Of a DNA stretch of 64,000 bases, positions 63,201 through 64,000 are shown one piece after another (the stretch's first letter is position 1; the number at the start of each line of letters is the position of its first letter). The translations under genes and the position numbers were made by a program. The stretch is from NCBI GenBank assembly GCA_907165135.1, contig OU015569.1:2294001-2358000 (forward strand). Direction: 5' to 3'. The notes below the pieces were generated by a model. It was not told the DNA's origin. It ran no database searches and was given only the letters and a program-made list of their open reading frames with translations. Origin of the DNA: Oikopleura dioica (lineage: Eukaryota > Animalia > Chordata).

Positions 63201-64000
63201 GTACTGTGCTCGCCAGAAAAGAATCCCTTGATTGTCACTGTCGATGGATTAGCTTACTCAGAGTAAAGACGCCGTTTCCGCGTTTTATTAATCAATTATC
63301 GAGCTCACTTTTCGGAACTCACTTAAAGTGAATTCAAAAGAAAATCTTAAATTAAAAAAAAAACTGAGAAGTGATCAGATTGGCAATCCACTCCTGACCC
63401 TCGTGTCCGACCAGTTATTATCCGTTGTTCTGATGGAATAGGAGGTTTGTTTTCCATTTCCTTTCGCGTAGTTGACAGAAATCGCCACACAATCATTCGA
63501 GAATATAATATCCGTTTCAGTAGAATTAGAACTTGAAGATGGGTCAAGATTGACTGTCGAATTGATCGTACTACAAGTCCATGAAGGAGGCAGCAAACTA
63601 CAGAACTGTCAAAGAAACAGAATCAAGTTTCGGCCGATATATGAGCAGGAAGAAACTCGACTCAGTTAATTTCAAGGATTCAAAGGAAACCCGATAGATA
63701 GATAAAAGTTTAGTATGCAAGCAATTACTTCTTAGACCCAGGCCTGACAACAATTTGAGCTTCGCCTCCAGTGAACACTCAAAAGGGTTAAAAATTTTCG
63801 CTAACACATTTTAGTTAGAAAAAAAAATAATTAACCCGCGCTATCGGAGTGACGACATCTATTTCCACGGCAGTTGATACCTGACAACTCAACAAGCTAT
63901 TAAAAAAGCCTTTCTCGTCGCTGAGCGAGGCTTGAACGGAGATGGTATCGCCTGCTGTTATACCATCTATGTCAATGACCCTGTAAGCGACGTTCACTCA
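54260..64000 (-). CDS. Polycystin-1 family protein (REJ, GAIN/GPS, TM1, PLAT/LH2, PKD channel-like TM region); 5' part runs off the window
   Basis: REJ YRFTLQI..NPNKPPDGGSC; GPS CSYF..W..CTANHTTVFGG; PLAT YEITIKTG..GSGTTANV..FQRGS..LGNISKLKIWHDNTG..WFLSRV..YFLVDDWL; TRPTRSRYTRLMRL followed by multiple hydrophobic helices. Confidence 0.92.

Overview
Gene-dense, compact animal genomic DNA, not prokaryotic; no CRISPR array or rRNA seen. Introns are mostly about 30-60 nt, several need non-GT donors (GC, GA, GG), and runs of same-strand genes are closely packed. This fits an appendicularian tunicate such as Oikopleura (inference from architecture, not a database hit). Genes recognised by manual splicing and translation: SMG6-like PIN nuclease (tRNA-Glu in one intron), type II PI4-kinase, FAM136A-like, PPP2R3C, KDM4, SFT2-like, FMN/Cappuccino formin, a ~1,700-aa chromodomain protein, MGAT2, a synaptopodin-2-like protein and a PKD1-family polycystin running off the right end, plus several orphans. 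Most unusual: (1) a single-pass receptor with a ~310-aa, 20-Cys ectodomain and a TGF-beta-receptor-like kinase domain whose catalytic motifs are degenerate (HRD to HGA, DFG to NFA); (2) PPP2R3C carrying two spliced antisense genes in its introns, one a prepropeptide-like 90-aa protein whose stop codon lies inside a host exon; (3) an 849-bp non-autonomous DNA transposon with 121-bp TIRs and a perfect 9-bp TSD; (4) a 215-nt self-closing multi-hairpin intergenic element. All gene models are hand-built and untested; family calls rest on recalled motifs, not on searches run here.
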